From positions 64,030-128,029 of the forward strand of contig LCLX01000001.1 in assembly GCA_001002285.1 (NCBI GenBank): a stretch of 64,000 bases of DNA, given 5' to 3'. This document shows positions 29,673-38,483 of the stretch, piece by piece. A program made the position numbers and the translations under genes. Below the pieces are notes generated by a model. It was not told where the DNA came from and searched no databases. It saw only the letters and a list, made by a program, of their open reading frames with translations. The DNA comes from Microgenomates group bacterium GW2011_GWC1_46_15 (lineage in GTDB: Bacteria; Patescibacteriota; Microgenomatia; UBA1400; UBA12028). Each line of letters starts with the position of its first letter. The stretch's first letter is position 1.

Positions 29673-30923
29673 ATGAAGAAACAATTTCTTTCAACTCTTC
29701 AACAAGAACTTTCCCGCCTCGATACTGTTGGCATTTCCAAGCGCCGCGAGCGTGTCATAGAAAAGTTCACAGACGATCCCTCTCCGCAAGCCGTTATCCA
29801 AAAAAAGGCCCGCCGCATTTTTAACTCAAACGACTATCTTGGACTGCGTTTTCATCCAGCGCTTAAAAAAGCAGAACATGAGGCGTCGGAAAAATATGGT
29901 GTTGGCCCCGGAGCAGTACGGTTTATTTCTGGCTCGTTGGAAATTTACCACGAACTCGAACACGAAATCGCGAAGTTTCACAACAGAGAAGACGCGATGG
30001 TTATTTCTTCCGCGTTTGCGGCGAACGTCGCGGTTATTCCATGTTTTATCAAAGGTCAAAGTAAAGACTCGCTCGTGAGTGAGAACGCGCTTGTCGTGTC
30101 CGATGAGCTGAATCACCGCAGCATTATTGAAGGAGTACGTGCCGCAAGCATTGATTCGTTCCATAAAGCGATTTTTAAGCACATGGACGCGGAAGATTTG
30201 CGCCGCGTGTTAAAAGAAAATGAAGGAAAGTTTACGCGTGTTGTTGTGGTAACGGACGGTATTTTCAGCATGCTCGGCGAGTATCAGGATATAAAAAAAC
30301 TCCGCGCTGTTTGCGACGCATTTGAACAGAAGTACGAGGAGGGGATTGTGCTGATTGTTGACGACGCGCACGGTGTTGGATGTTTTGGAAAAACCGGCCG
30401 CGGTGTGGAAGAAGTATGTGGAGCGCGCGCAGATATTTTAGTGGGTACATTGGGGAAAGCATTTGGTGTAGACGGTGGATATATTGTTGGAGATACAATT
30501 GCGATTGATTACCTACGCGAGGCGGCGGCGACGTACATTTACTCCAATCCAATTTCTCCGGGAGCGGCGGGTGCGGGAGTTGCGGCATTTGAACTTATGC
30601 AAAGAGCAGAAGGAAAAAAACTTCTCGCGCAGTCACAGCACAACATCGCGTTTTTTAAATCACTCATGAAAAAAGAAAAGTTCCAGTTTTCAGCAGACTC
30701 GCACCATCCTATTCAACCGTTGTTTGTTGGTGATTCGATTATTGCAAAATCACTTGCGCAAGCGCTATTTGATGAAGGATTTTTAGTGACGAATATTAAC
30801 TATCCCGTTGTGCCAAAAGGGAGAGATGAAATCCGTATTCAAATCAGCGCGATCCACACGGAAGAAGACATCCGGATATTCGTTGAAACGCTCAAAAAAC
30901 TCCGCAAAACAATAAAGTTTTAA
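29673..30923 (+). CDS. PLP-dependent alpha-oxoamine synthase family acyltransferase (AONS/KBL/SPT-like)
   Basis: Fold-type I AOS features: substrate-binding NDYLGLRFHP, the TLGKAFGVDGGYIVG lysine region, and DDAHGVGCFGKTGRG. Confidence 0.8.
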   Translation: MKKQFLSTLQQELSRLDTVGISKRRERVIEKFTDDPSPQAVIQKKARRIFNSNDYLGLRFHPALKKAEHEASEKYGVGPGAVRFISGSLEIYHELEHEIAKFHNREDAMVISSAFAANVAVIPCFIKGQSKDSLVSENALVVSDELNHRSIIEGVRAASIDSFHKAIFKHMDAEDLRRVLKENEGKFTRVVVVTDGIFSMLGEYQDIKKLRAVCDAFEQKYEEGIVLIVDDAHGVGCFGKTGRGVEEVCGARADILVGTLGKAFGVDGGYIVGDTIAIDYLREAAATYIYSNPISPGAAGAGVAAFELMQRAEGKKLLAQSQHNIAFFKSLMKKEKFQFSADSHHPIQPLFVGDSIIAKSLAQALFDEGFLVTNINYPVVPKGRDEIRIQISAIHTEEDIRIFVETLKKLRKTIKF

Positions 30924-30924
30924 T

Positions 30925-31674
30925 TTACTTGTGAAGTGTGTACGGAACTTTCAACTTAAACTCTTGGTTTTTCATTCTCTGAACAACAGGATGTTCACCT
31001 GGGACAGTTTTTTTCTGGTCAACAACTTCTTCCAATATGGTATCCGCCTCCTCATATGTGAATCCAAACTCCTGTTCATCTGTTTGCCCGTTCCACAATC
31101 CAGCGGATGGATGTTTCGCTAAAATCTGGTGTGGTAATCCAAGGTACTGCGCGATCTGCCGAACTTGCGTTTTATACAGATGCGCAATAGGCTCAATGTC
31201 GGATGCCGCATCGCCAAACCGCGTAAAATAGCCCAAGTAATGTTCTGATTTATTTTCTGTTCCACACACCAGCGCGTTGAGCGACTTTGCGAGATCAAAC
31301 AATATAATCATGCGGACGCGCGCCATAATATTCCCTTTGCGAATGGTTTCGGAAGAAGAAACGCGTACATCTCTACACAATGTATCAACGGGTTTTTTTA
31401 TATTCATAATTTTCCACTGCATGGGAGTAAAAGAGTTCCACACACACATTGTTTTTGCATCATCCATGTTTTGTTTTGCGTATGGCAGTAACACCGGAGT
31501 AATGTGCTCCACCCCAAGCGCACGAGTGAGCAACGTAAGCGCAAGTGCAGAGTCAATGCCGCCGGAAACACCAATCACCGCGTAATGAATCTGTTGTTGC
31601 GCAAACGTGTTGCGGATGAACAAAACAATACGGTCAATATGTTTTTGCGCGATAGTATTTGTCATGTCGTTCAT
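30925..31674 (-). CDS. nadE: NH3-dependent NAD+ synthetase
   Basis: PP-loop VIGVSGGIDSALALTLL. Confidence 0.85.
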   Translation of the reverse strand: MNDMTNTIAQKHIDRIVLFIRNTFAQQQIHYAVIGVSGGIDSALALTLLTRALGVEHITPVLLPYAKQNMDDAKTMCVWNSFTPMQWKIMNIKKPVDTLCRDVRVSSSETIRKGNIMARVRMIILFDLAKSLNALVCGTENKSEHYLGYFTRFGDAASDIEPIAHLYKTQVRQIAQYLGLPHQILAKHPSAGLWNGQTDEQEFGFTYEEADTILEEVVDQKKTVPGEHPVVQRMKNQEFKLKVPYTLHK

Positions 31675-31683
31675 GGTTTTATT

Positions 31684-32238
31684 TTATCCGACGTAGAGTC
31701 TATTTTCCTGAATATACTGCGTAACTGCTGGAGGAACAAGATTGTGTAGGGATTGATTGTTTTTTACGCGCGCACGGACTTCAGTGGAAGAAATATCAAT
31801 TGTTGGCATGGTAGTCAATCCCACCATTCCTGGGAGCAAACCGTTAAGTGGAAAACCAGTGCGCGGATATACATATATCTTGAACTTTTGCAGAAGCTCT
31901 GTATAGTGATGCCATTTTGGAAATAATGGAAGCTGATCGCTGCCGATGAGCCAAGAAAAGGAGTCCTGCGGTTGGGTTACCGCAAAATGGTTAAGCGTAT
32001 CAATAGAGTAACTTGGCCGGTGAGACTCAGCTTCAAAAAGATTGATTGTGTGGGCGTGAAGGAGTTTTAACATTGCAATACGGTGGGTGGTTGGACTCAA
32101 ATGTTTGGCAAACGGGTGTTTCGCGCACGGCACAAACCACGCCTCATCCGCAACGTTGGCTTGAATAATGTGATCGGCTACTTTGAGATGGCCATTATGT
32201 GGGGGATCGAAGCTTCCGCCAAAGAGCGTGATGTGCAT
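31684..32238 (-). CDS. nadD: nicotinate-nucleotide adenylyltransferase
   Basis: ITLFGGSFDPPHNGHL is the (H/T)xGH nucleotidyltransferase motif. ATG at 32238, with a longer alternative start to 32304. Confidence 0.85.
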   Translation of the reverse strand: MHITLFGGSFDPPHNGHLKVADHIIQANVADEAWFVPCAKHPFAKHLSPTTHRIAMLKLLHAHTINLFEAESHRPSYSIDTLNHFAVTQPQDSFSWLIGSDQLPLFPKWHHYTELLQKFKIYVYPRTGFPLNGLLPGMVGLTTMPTIDISSTEVRARVKNNQSLHNLVPPAVTQYIQENRLYVG

Positions 32239-32312
32239 AGGGTGTATTGTAGCGCATGGGACATATCTGGGATGACATGATAAAATATGCCTTTGATACA
32301 TCAATAAACGAA

Positions 32313-32398
32313 GGAGGAGTGCAACAGTGGTCCACTTGGGCGGTTCGCTAAACCGCTGAGTCGAAAGACTCGCGTGGGTTCGAATCCCACCTCCTCCG
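32313..32398 (+). tRNA. tRNA-Ser (anticodon GCT), type II
   Basis: Hand-folded. Acceptor GGAGGAG/CTCCTCC, anticodon stem GCGGT/ACCGC, loop TCGCTAA, long variable arm, T-loop GTTCGAATC. Confidence 0.85.
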
Positions 32399-32407
32399 CA
32401 TATTTCT

Positions 32408-32842
32408 ATGATTACGCCAACCGTTTTTCCATCAGAAATTCCAATTTATGTGGGTGATTCCAAAATTCCTGGAGTAGTCCGTGGAATTATGGCGTCCCGC
32501 GACATTAAAAAAGGCGAGTTGATCGAAAAATGCCCGCTTGTATTTATTCCAATATCAGAAGAAAAATACATCAAGAATACCGTCATTTGGAAGTACTATT
32601 TTGAGTGGACAAAAAAATATCATATCCTCGTTCTTGGATACGGGAGTTTATATAACCACTCATTCGAGCCGAATGCACAGTACTCGCACGACTACAAAAA
32701 GAATTTTTTACTATTCCGCGCAATCAAGAATATTCCAGCGCACGAAGAAATTTTTGTGAACTATAACTGGCATCCAGACAACGTTGAACCGCTCGACCCC
32801 GTGCACGGCATTCCGGACTTTTCTGGCGCCCAAGCAAAGTAA
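32408..32842 (+). CDS. SET-domain protein (putative protein-lysine methyltransferase)
   Basis: GSLYNHSFEPNA (the NHSxxPN motif) and HEEIFVNY (the ELxxxY motif) are the two signature SET motifs. Confidence 0.65.
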   Translation: MITPTVFPSEIPIYVGDSKIPGVVRGIMASRDIKKGELIEKCPLVFIPISEEKYIKNTVIWKYYFEWTKKYHILVLGYGSLYNHSFEPNAQYSHDYKKNFLLFRAIKNIPAHEEIFVNYNWHPDNVEPLDPVHGIPDFSGAQAK

Positions 32843-33298
32843 TTATTTTTCTGATTTTTCCGCGAGATATTCCTCTCCTTGATCCACATCTGAGACTCCA
32901 TGAATTTGACGAATCTGTGTGGTATGTGCATCAAGGCGACTCGTTGTTGATTGACGGATTTCATGAATATCTTCCCGCATGGAAATTAACTGCACCTCTA
33001 CACGGCCTAATCGCGCTTCAATGGAACCAAATCTTGAATTTATCTCAACAAATCGCTTCTCCATTTTTATATCGTACAGTTCAAACGACTCTTTCAGCTC
33101 GACTTTTGTTGCAAACGTTGTGTTCATATATGGAAGCATCGTGTGTTCCCAAAACCTTGCAATGGTTTTTTGTACAACCTCTTGTACGATATTCGGAACT
33201 TCCTCACGGATAATTTCGCGCACAATGGTTTTTACGTCATCCTTTGTGACTGGTTTTTCATCACGTTGTGTTGAACGCATACGACCTCCTTTGGCCAA
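32843..33298 (-). CDS. hypothetical coiled-coil protein
   Basis: 151-aa charged ORF with heptad-like periodicity. No domain recognised. Confidence 0.35.
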   Translation of the reverse strand: MAKGGRMRSTQRDEKPVTKDDVKTIVREIIREEVPNIVQEVVQKTIARFWEHTMLPYMNTTFATKVELKESFELYDIKMEKRFVEINSRFGSIEARLGRVEVQLISMREDIHEIRQSTTSRLDAHTTQIRQIHGVSDVDQGEEYLAEKSEK

Positions 33299-33561
33299 GT
33301 GGCCAGACTATGTAAAGAATAATGAGATCGCTCGCTGTGTGGAATGTGGACGCCCCTATATGTAGGTAAAAACAGTATGAGGGCGACGAACGTATGATCG
33401 TTATACACGCACTTTTTTCACCGGTCAACGGAATCTTTATATATCATCATGCATCATCCTTCTGCGTTGACCCAACTCCCGCCATGTGATACACTACCGC
33501 AGGTCATTGAACGGTATAAGAAGAGGTGGGGTTTCCCGCCTTTTTGTTTCTAAGGAGCACT

Positions 33562-35034
33562 ATGGCAACACTACAGCACGCACAAATGCGATCGGATTTT
33601 TCAATTGCGCTCAACCAAATCGCAACAGAGCGGGGTATTGAACCAGACATTGTTCTCAAATCAATTGAGGAGGCAATTGTCGCGGCATACAAAAAAGACA
33701 TGAATATTGCCGCCGATGATGAAGTTGCGATTGACGTTTCTTCCGTTGAGTATGACGACAAAGCCATCCCCGCTGTGAAATCTGATCCAGGCGTTTCGTA
33801 TGTTGGGCAGCTTGATCCAGTGACCGGCGAAGCAAAAGTATTCAAACTTGATGGAAAAAAGAAAACAGACGTAACCCCCGCAGGCTTTGGGCGCATTGCG
33901 GCACAGACTGCAAAACAAGTCATTCTCCAAAAAGTCCGCGAAGCAGAAAAAGACGCGGTTATTAAAGATTTCACCACAAAAATCGGAACAATTATGGCAG
34001 GTATGATTGTCCGCTACGACGGCAAAAACGTCATTGTGGACATCGGCCGTGGCCAAGGATACATGCCGCCGGAAGAGCAGATGCGCGGCGAGTTTTACCG
34101 CATTGGTTCCCGTCTCACTGTGTATATTGCAGACATCCGCGAAACCATGCGCGGCCAAACAATTATCGTGTCGCGCGCAGCCAAAGAGTTGGTTGTTGAG
34201 TTGTTCCGCCGAGAAGTTCCAGAAGTTGCTTCTAATGCGGTTGAAGTAAAAGCAATTGCCCGCGAAGCAGGCGTGCGCACAAAGATTGCGGTGTTTTCAT
34301 CGCAGACAGGTGTTGACCCGGTTGGTTCATGCGTTGGTCAAAAAGGTGTTCGTGTACAAGAAGTCATCCGTGAACTGAACAACGAAAAGATTGACATCAT
34401 TCAATACACCGAAACACCAAAATTATTTCTTGAAGCAGCACTTGCTCCAGCCGAGAACTTGTTGATTGATATTGATGAAAAGAAGCATTCTGCGAATGTT
34501 ACATGTCCAGACGACCAAGTGTCGTTGGCAATTGGCCGCGGCGGGCAGAACGTGCGCTTAGCCGCTAAGCTGACAGGATACAAAATCAGCATTAAGTCGG
34601 CTTCCGGTGTTCAGGCCGCAACCGCGACCGGCGACGAAGAGTTTGAGATTGATCAGCTCCCACTTACGCCTGAAATCCGCACAATGCTTGTTGAAAAGGG
34701 ATACACGATGTTGTTCCAGCTCCGAGAGCATTTTGCAGAAGTTGAAGCAATTGATGGAGCAAAGAAAAAAGATGTAGATGCATTGAGAAAATCATTGGAG
34801 GCTGGTCAGCCAATACGGCCAGTTGAACCGGTTGTGGCGGTAGTTGCTCCAACAGCGCCGGTTGCAGAAGAGCCAGCAGTTGCAGAAGAGCCAGTAACTC
34901 CGGTAGTTGCGCCAGCAGTAGAAGTGGCACCTATGGCTGCAGAAGCAGCTCCAGTTGTCGTAGCGCCCACGGTGGAAGAAGTAAAGCCCATTGAAGAAGT
35001 GAAACCAGTCATTGAAGAGGCTAAACAGCAATAG
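33562..35034 (+). CDS. nusA: transcription termination/antitermination factor NusA with P/A/V/E-rich C-terminal tail
   Basis: MATLQHAQMRSDFSIALNQIATERGIEPD..., the S1 and KH regions, and RBS AAGGAG at 33552. Confidence 0.9.
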   Translation: MATLQHAQMRSDFSIALNQIATERGIEPDIVLKSIEEAIVAAYKKDMNIAADDEVAIDVSSVEYDDKAIPAVKSDPGVSYVGQLDPVTGEAKVFKLDGKKKTDVTPAGFGRIAAQTAKQVILQKVREAEKDAVIKDFTTKIGTIMAGMIVRYDGKNVIVDIGRGQGYMPPEEQMRGEFYRIGSRLTVYIADIRETMRGQTIIVSRAAKELVVELFRREVPEVASNAVEVKAIAREAGVRTKIAVFSSQTGVDPVGSCVGQKGVRVQEVIRELNNEKIDIIQYTETPKLFLEAALAPAENLLIDIDEKKHSANVTCPDDQVSLAIGRGGQNVRLAAKLTGYKISIKSASGVQAATATGDEEFEIDQLPLTPEIRTMLVEKGYTMLFQLREHFAEVEAIDGAKKKDVDALRKSLEAGQPIRPVEPVVAVVAPTAPVAEEPAVAEEPVTPVVAPAVEVAPMAAEAAPVVVAPTVEEVKPIEEVKPVIEEAKQQ

Positions 35035-35084
35035 GCATCATGGAATACGCACTATGAAAACCGTGCGCCGAAAGGATTTGAGAC

Positions 35085-36614
35085 ATGGCAATGCAAGAAC
35101 GACCACCCGTCGTTACAATCATGGGTCATGTCGATCACGGCAAGACCTCGCTTCTTGATGCGATTCGCAAAACATCCGTTGCCGCAAAAGAAACCGGCGG
35201 TATTACTCAGCACATCGGTTCCTACCAAATTCAGCACAAAACCAAAACAATCACTTTTATTGATACACCAGGCCACGCAGCGTTTTCCGCGATGCGTTCC
35301 CGTGGCGCTCAGGCAACCGACATCGTCATTCTCGTGGTTTCTGCAGCCGAAGGTGTAAAACCGCAAACGGTTGAGTCCATTCAGCACATTAAAAAGGCTG
35401 GCGTCCAGTATCTTGTGGCGTTGACAAAAATGGACTTGCCGGATGCCAACCCGGAAATGGTGAAGGCCCAGCTTACCGAACGCGAAGTATTTGTCGAGGG
35501 ATACGGTGGAGATATCGTGTGCGTTCCCGTCAGCGCGAAAAAGGGCGAAGGGCTAGATAAATTATTAGAAATGGTTTTACTTATTGCTGAACTGGCCGAG
35601 CTCAAAGCGGATCCTGTTGGCGCGCTCCAGGGCGTTGTCATTGAGTCCAAGCGCGACGCACACCGCGGAACATTGGCAACGATTTTGGTGAAAAACGGCA
35701 CGCTCCGTGTTGGCGATACCATCTTTGCGGAACACGTAGAGGCAAGAGTCCGCACAATGCAGACGGCGGATGGTGTTTCGATCAAAGAAGCGGTCCCCTC
35801 AATGCCGGTAGAAATTGTTGGGTGGGAAGGTATTCCAAAGGTGGGGAGTTCGGTTACATCAACAAAACAAGAAGTGATTGCGATAGCGCCCGCCATAGTT
35901 CCGGAACTTCCAGCTGCTTCAACCGCTCCCGCAGTGCAAGAACTTCCTCCTGTAACAGGATTGGCTCTACCCACCGCAGTTACTGTTACCCCAGTTACCG
36001 TCGCTACTCCCGCTCCTGAAGAAAAAGAGAAACCAAAACTTAAGATCATCCTCAAGTCCGACACCGTTGGCACGCTCGAGGCCATTCAAGCCAGTATTGC
36101 GGGCGACGAAATCCTCACAATCTCCTCTGGTGTTGGCGAGATCAACGATGCCGACGTCCTTATGGCAGAGTCAACCGGCGCACGCATCCTTGGATTTAAC
36201 GTAAAAGCAGCAAGTTCAGTCAAGAAAATTGCCGAAACGCACGGTGTCAAACTCAAAACATACACGATTATTTATGACTTGATCGAAGATGTGCAAAAAC
36301 AGGCGCTTAAGCTCATCGAACCCACGATTGACGAAGAGGAACTTGGTTCAGCAGACGTGATTGCGGTGTTCGAGATGAAAGGCGAGCGGATCGCAGGGTG
36401 CAAAATAAAAACCGGCGAGATTACCAAAACCCAGCTCTATCACATCAAGCGTGGCGGCGAAATTATCGCCAACCCCAAGATTAAATCTATCCACCACAAT
36501 AAGCTGGATATTGAGTCCGCCAAGGCGGGCACCGACTGCGGCATTGTGTTCCGCGGTTTTAGCGATGCCCAGATTGGCGATCTTCTTACCTCATACCGCG
36601 TGAAGGATGAGTAG
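35085..36614 (+). CDS. infB: translation initiation factor IF-2 (short form, G-domain onward)
   Basis: VVTIMGHVDHGKTSLLDAIR, DTPGHAAF, ALTKMD, and C-terminal beta-barrels. A P/A/V-rich insert follows the G domain. Confidence 0.9.
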   Translation: MAMQERPPVVTIMGHVDHGKTSLLDAIRKTSVAAKETGGITQHIGSYQIQHKTKTITFIDTPGHAAFSAMRSRGAQATDIVILVVSAAEGVKPQTVESIQHIKKAGVQYLVALTKMDLPDANPEMVKAQLTEREVFVEGYGGDIVCVPVSAKKGEGLDKLLEMVLLIAELAELKADPVGALQGVVIESKRDAHRGTLATILVKNGTLRVGDTIFAEHVEARVRTMQTADGVSIKEAVPSMPVEIVGWEGIPKVGSSVTSTKQEVIAIAPAIVPELPAASTAPAVQELPPVTGLALPTAVTVTPVTVATPAPEEKEKPKLKIILKSDTVGTLEAIQASIAGDEILTISSGVGEINDADVLMAESTGARILGFNVKAASSVKKIAETHGVKLKTYTIIYDLIEDVQKQALKLIEPTIDEEELGSADVIAVFEMKGERIAGCKIKTGEITKTQLYHIKRGGEIIANPKIKSIHHNKLDIESAKAGTDCGIVFRGFSDAQIGDLLTSYRVKDE

Positions 36615-36628
36615 CAATAATCGTGCGT

Positions 36629-36895
36629 TTAAGGCTTATACACTTCTTTGCGATGAGCAATGCGCATGATAGAAATATGTTGATTTGATTTTTGCTTATG
36701 TACCACGTAAATAATGCGGTAATCACCCGAACGTAAACGGTAAGTATCGCGTTCTCCATGAAGCTTTTTACATCCGTGTGGAAACGGTTCATTCGAGAGA
36801 AGATCGATTTTTTTAACAATTTGAAACTTGTTGCCTGAGGGAAGTTTGAGTAATGCACGCTTTGCCGAGGGAATAATGGTGACTATGGCGGGCAT
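36629..36895 (-). CDS. RelE/ParE-family toxin
   Basis: 88 aa. YRLRSGDYRIIYVV...ISIMRIAHRKEVY follows the RelE/ParE pattern. Abuts a Phd/YefM-like gene. Confidence 0.7.
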   Translation of the reverse strand: MPAIVTIIPSAKRALLKLPSGNKFQIVKKIDLLSNEPFPHGCKKLHGERDTYRLRSGDYRIIYVVHKQKSNQHISIMRIAHRKEVYKP

Positions 36896-37164
36896 TAAAG
36901 ATAATCCTCCGCCTTAAATGGAACTGCCTTTTTTAATTCTCCCGCAGCTATTGCCCGACGTACCTCCGCAGCATCTCCCTTGTCGTAAAATCCGTTGGCA
37001 TATTTCTCGAGGTATTCAAGATATTCCGGGTCAACCAGAGCAGCTTTTGGCTTACTATTTTGCACAATAATAATAGGCTCAATTGCCGATGTAAGCCGAT
37101 CAAGCCAGGCGTTAAGGTTCTGGCGAAAATCGGTAACAGATACAATATTTTGTACAGTAAACAT
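36895..37164 (-). CDS. Phd/YefM-family antitoxin
   Basis: 89 aa. N-terminal VSVTDFRQNLNAWLDRL...PIIIVQNSKPKAALV is the Phd/YefM signature. Confidence 0.65.
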   Translation of the reverse strand: MFTVQNIVSVTDFRQNLNAWLDRLTSAIEPIIIVQNSKPKAALVDPEYLEYLEKYANGFYDKGDAAEVRRAIAAGELKKAVPFKAEDYL

Positions 37165-37223
37165 AACAGAATTATGTACGTTATTTGAACTATTGTCAAT
37201 AGGTAAGCGAAACAGTGTGTTTC

Positions 37224-37250
37224 GAGGAACTCAGGGTAGTCCCCCCTCAA
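37224..37250. repeat. partial copy of the GAGGAACTCAGGGTA palindromic-element core
   Basis: gaggaactcagggta is identical to the core at 61426-61440. Confidence 0.5.
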
Positions 37251-37258
37251 GTGAAATA

Positions 37259-37311
37259 GTTATTCTTTTTTGAACTCAGGGTGCAGGGTTCCCTGGAGAG
37301 AAAAAGAATAA
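37259..37311. repeat. palindromic element: A/T-rich inverted flanks (ttattcttttt / aaaaagaataa) around a GC hairpin GAACTCAGGGT-GCA-GGGTTCCCTGGAGA
   Basis: Read directly from the sequence. A second full copy lies at 61415-61473. Confidence 0.6.
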
Positions 37312-37345
37312 CAATGAACATTTTCATTGATTGTTCCGCCCCCGG

Positions 37346-37354
37346 TGGTATAAT
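37346..37354 (+). promoter_or_regulatory. extended -10 TGGTATAAT, 6 nt upstream of ATG 37361 (leaderless transcript likely)
   Basis: cccggTGGTATAATgcgcgcATG. Confidence 0.5.
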
Positions 37355-37360
37355 GCGCGC

Positions 37361-38392
37361 ATGATTGTTCCACAGGACGTGGTCTCACTCAAAGAGGTGT
37401 TCCAAAAAGCTCAAACGGCGTACGTGCTGATCAGCAGTTTTCCTACGTATGACAGTGTCGCCTCAGCCCTTGCGCTGTACTTTGCGCTCACTGATGCGGG
37501 TAAAGACGTCCATATCGCCTGTCCCGCACCCATGCGTGTCGAGTTTTCCCACCTATTTGGCGTGGATAAAATCAGCGAAAAAATGGGCAACCGTAACCTG
37601 ATGGTTTCGTTCGATTACGAGGAAAACAGTGTCGAGAAGGTCAGTTACACGATCAGCGATGACGGAAAAAAGTTTAACCTCATTATTTCGCCAAAAACCG
37701 GTGGCCGGTCACTTGATCCTGCAAAGATCGAGTACTCACACACGGGCGCCGAAGCAGATCTCGTGTTTATGGTTGGCGTTTCCCAGTTTGAAGATCTTGC
37801 CGAGTTCTATGAAAACGAGCGTGGATTGTACACAAGCGCCTACACCGTTGCCATTTCTCCATATGAAACCACACCGTTTGCTGCATTGACGCTGAACACC
37901 GAAGGCCAGTCGTGTATTTCAGAAGGCATGACCGTGTTGTTGAAGGAACTTGGGATAAATCCGCATGATGACGTTGCAACCAACCTCTTGTCTGCGATGG
38001 AGCAGGCCACCAACCGTTTCCAGTCGCTTGGCATGACCGCCGAAACATTTGATCTGGTTGCGTACCTATTGCGCAATGGCGCCCGCCGGTCTACACCTAT
38101 CACAATGAATCCCGCGCTCAATCCTCACGTTTCGGGTTCGACTCCTTCATTTGCTGAGGTTTTGCGTGCTCGGGCACAAGGCCAACCTATCCCAGTAATG
38201 CCGGTGCAGCCGATGCTCGTAACACAACCAATGATGTCGGGCCAGCCCGGAATAACAGGCCAGCCAGGTGTGCAAAATCAAAACGTCATTCACCAACTCC
38301 AGCATGAAGAACAGCACATCGTTCAGCCAACCCAACCTGCGCCAGACGAATGGACCAAGCCAAAGATTTTTACGGGGAAGACAATGGTGTAA
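37361..38392 (+). CDS. DHH/DHHA1-like protein with degenerate catalytic motifs (NrnA-like fold suspected)
   Basis: AYVLISSFPTYDSVASALALYFAL parallels the NrnA N-terminus, but the DHH and GGGH motifs are absent. Q/P-rich C-terminus. ATG chosen because the -10 box lies inside the longer TTG-initiated ORF. Confidence 0.35.
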   Translation: MIVPQDVVSLKEVFQKAQTAYVLISSFPTYDSVASALALYFALTDAGKDVHIACPAPMRVEFSHLFGVDKISEKMGNRNLMVSFDYEENSVEKVSYTISDDGKKFNLIISPKTGGRSLDPAKIEYSHTGAEADLVFMVGVSQFEDLAEFYENERGLYTSAYTVAISPYETTPFAALTLNTEGQSCISEGMTVLLKELGINPHDDVATNLLSAMEQATNRFQSLGMTAETFDLVAYLLRNGARRSTPITMNPALNPHVSGSTPSFAEVLRARAQGQPIPVMPVQPMLVTQPMMSGQPGITGQPGVQNQNVIHQLQHEEQHIVQPTQPAPDEWTKPKIFTGKTMV

Positions 38393-38436
38393 AAAAACTA
38401 CCATTTTCTCTAGAACATTCCCAAACTTGACAAGAA

Positions 38437-38451
38437 GTGTGTGTGTGTGTG
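38437..38451. repeat. (GT)7 dinucleotide microsatellite between a TTGACA hexamer (38427-38432) and the RBS of the first gene of the 38.5-44.3 kb operon
   Basis: gtgtgtgtgtgtgtg, read directly. Confidence 0.8.
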
Positions 38452-38483
38452 ATGCTGATGTTACGAGATATTAAAGGAGCGTT

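Noticed and set aside
34664-35031. Short antisense ORFs over the NusA tail (34664-34930, 34792-35031, 34806-35012)
   Set aside because: They are generated by the P/A/V/E repeat-coding DNA, so they are a frame artefact.
37259-37311. The palindromic GC hairpin elements (and the copy at 61415-61473) as bidirectional rho-independent terminators
   Set aside because: In both orientations the T-tract precedes and the A-tract follows the hairpin, the reverse of what an intrinsic terminator needs. Both copies sit in promoter-proximal positions upstream of gene starts.
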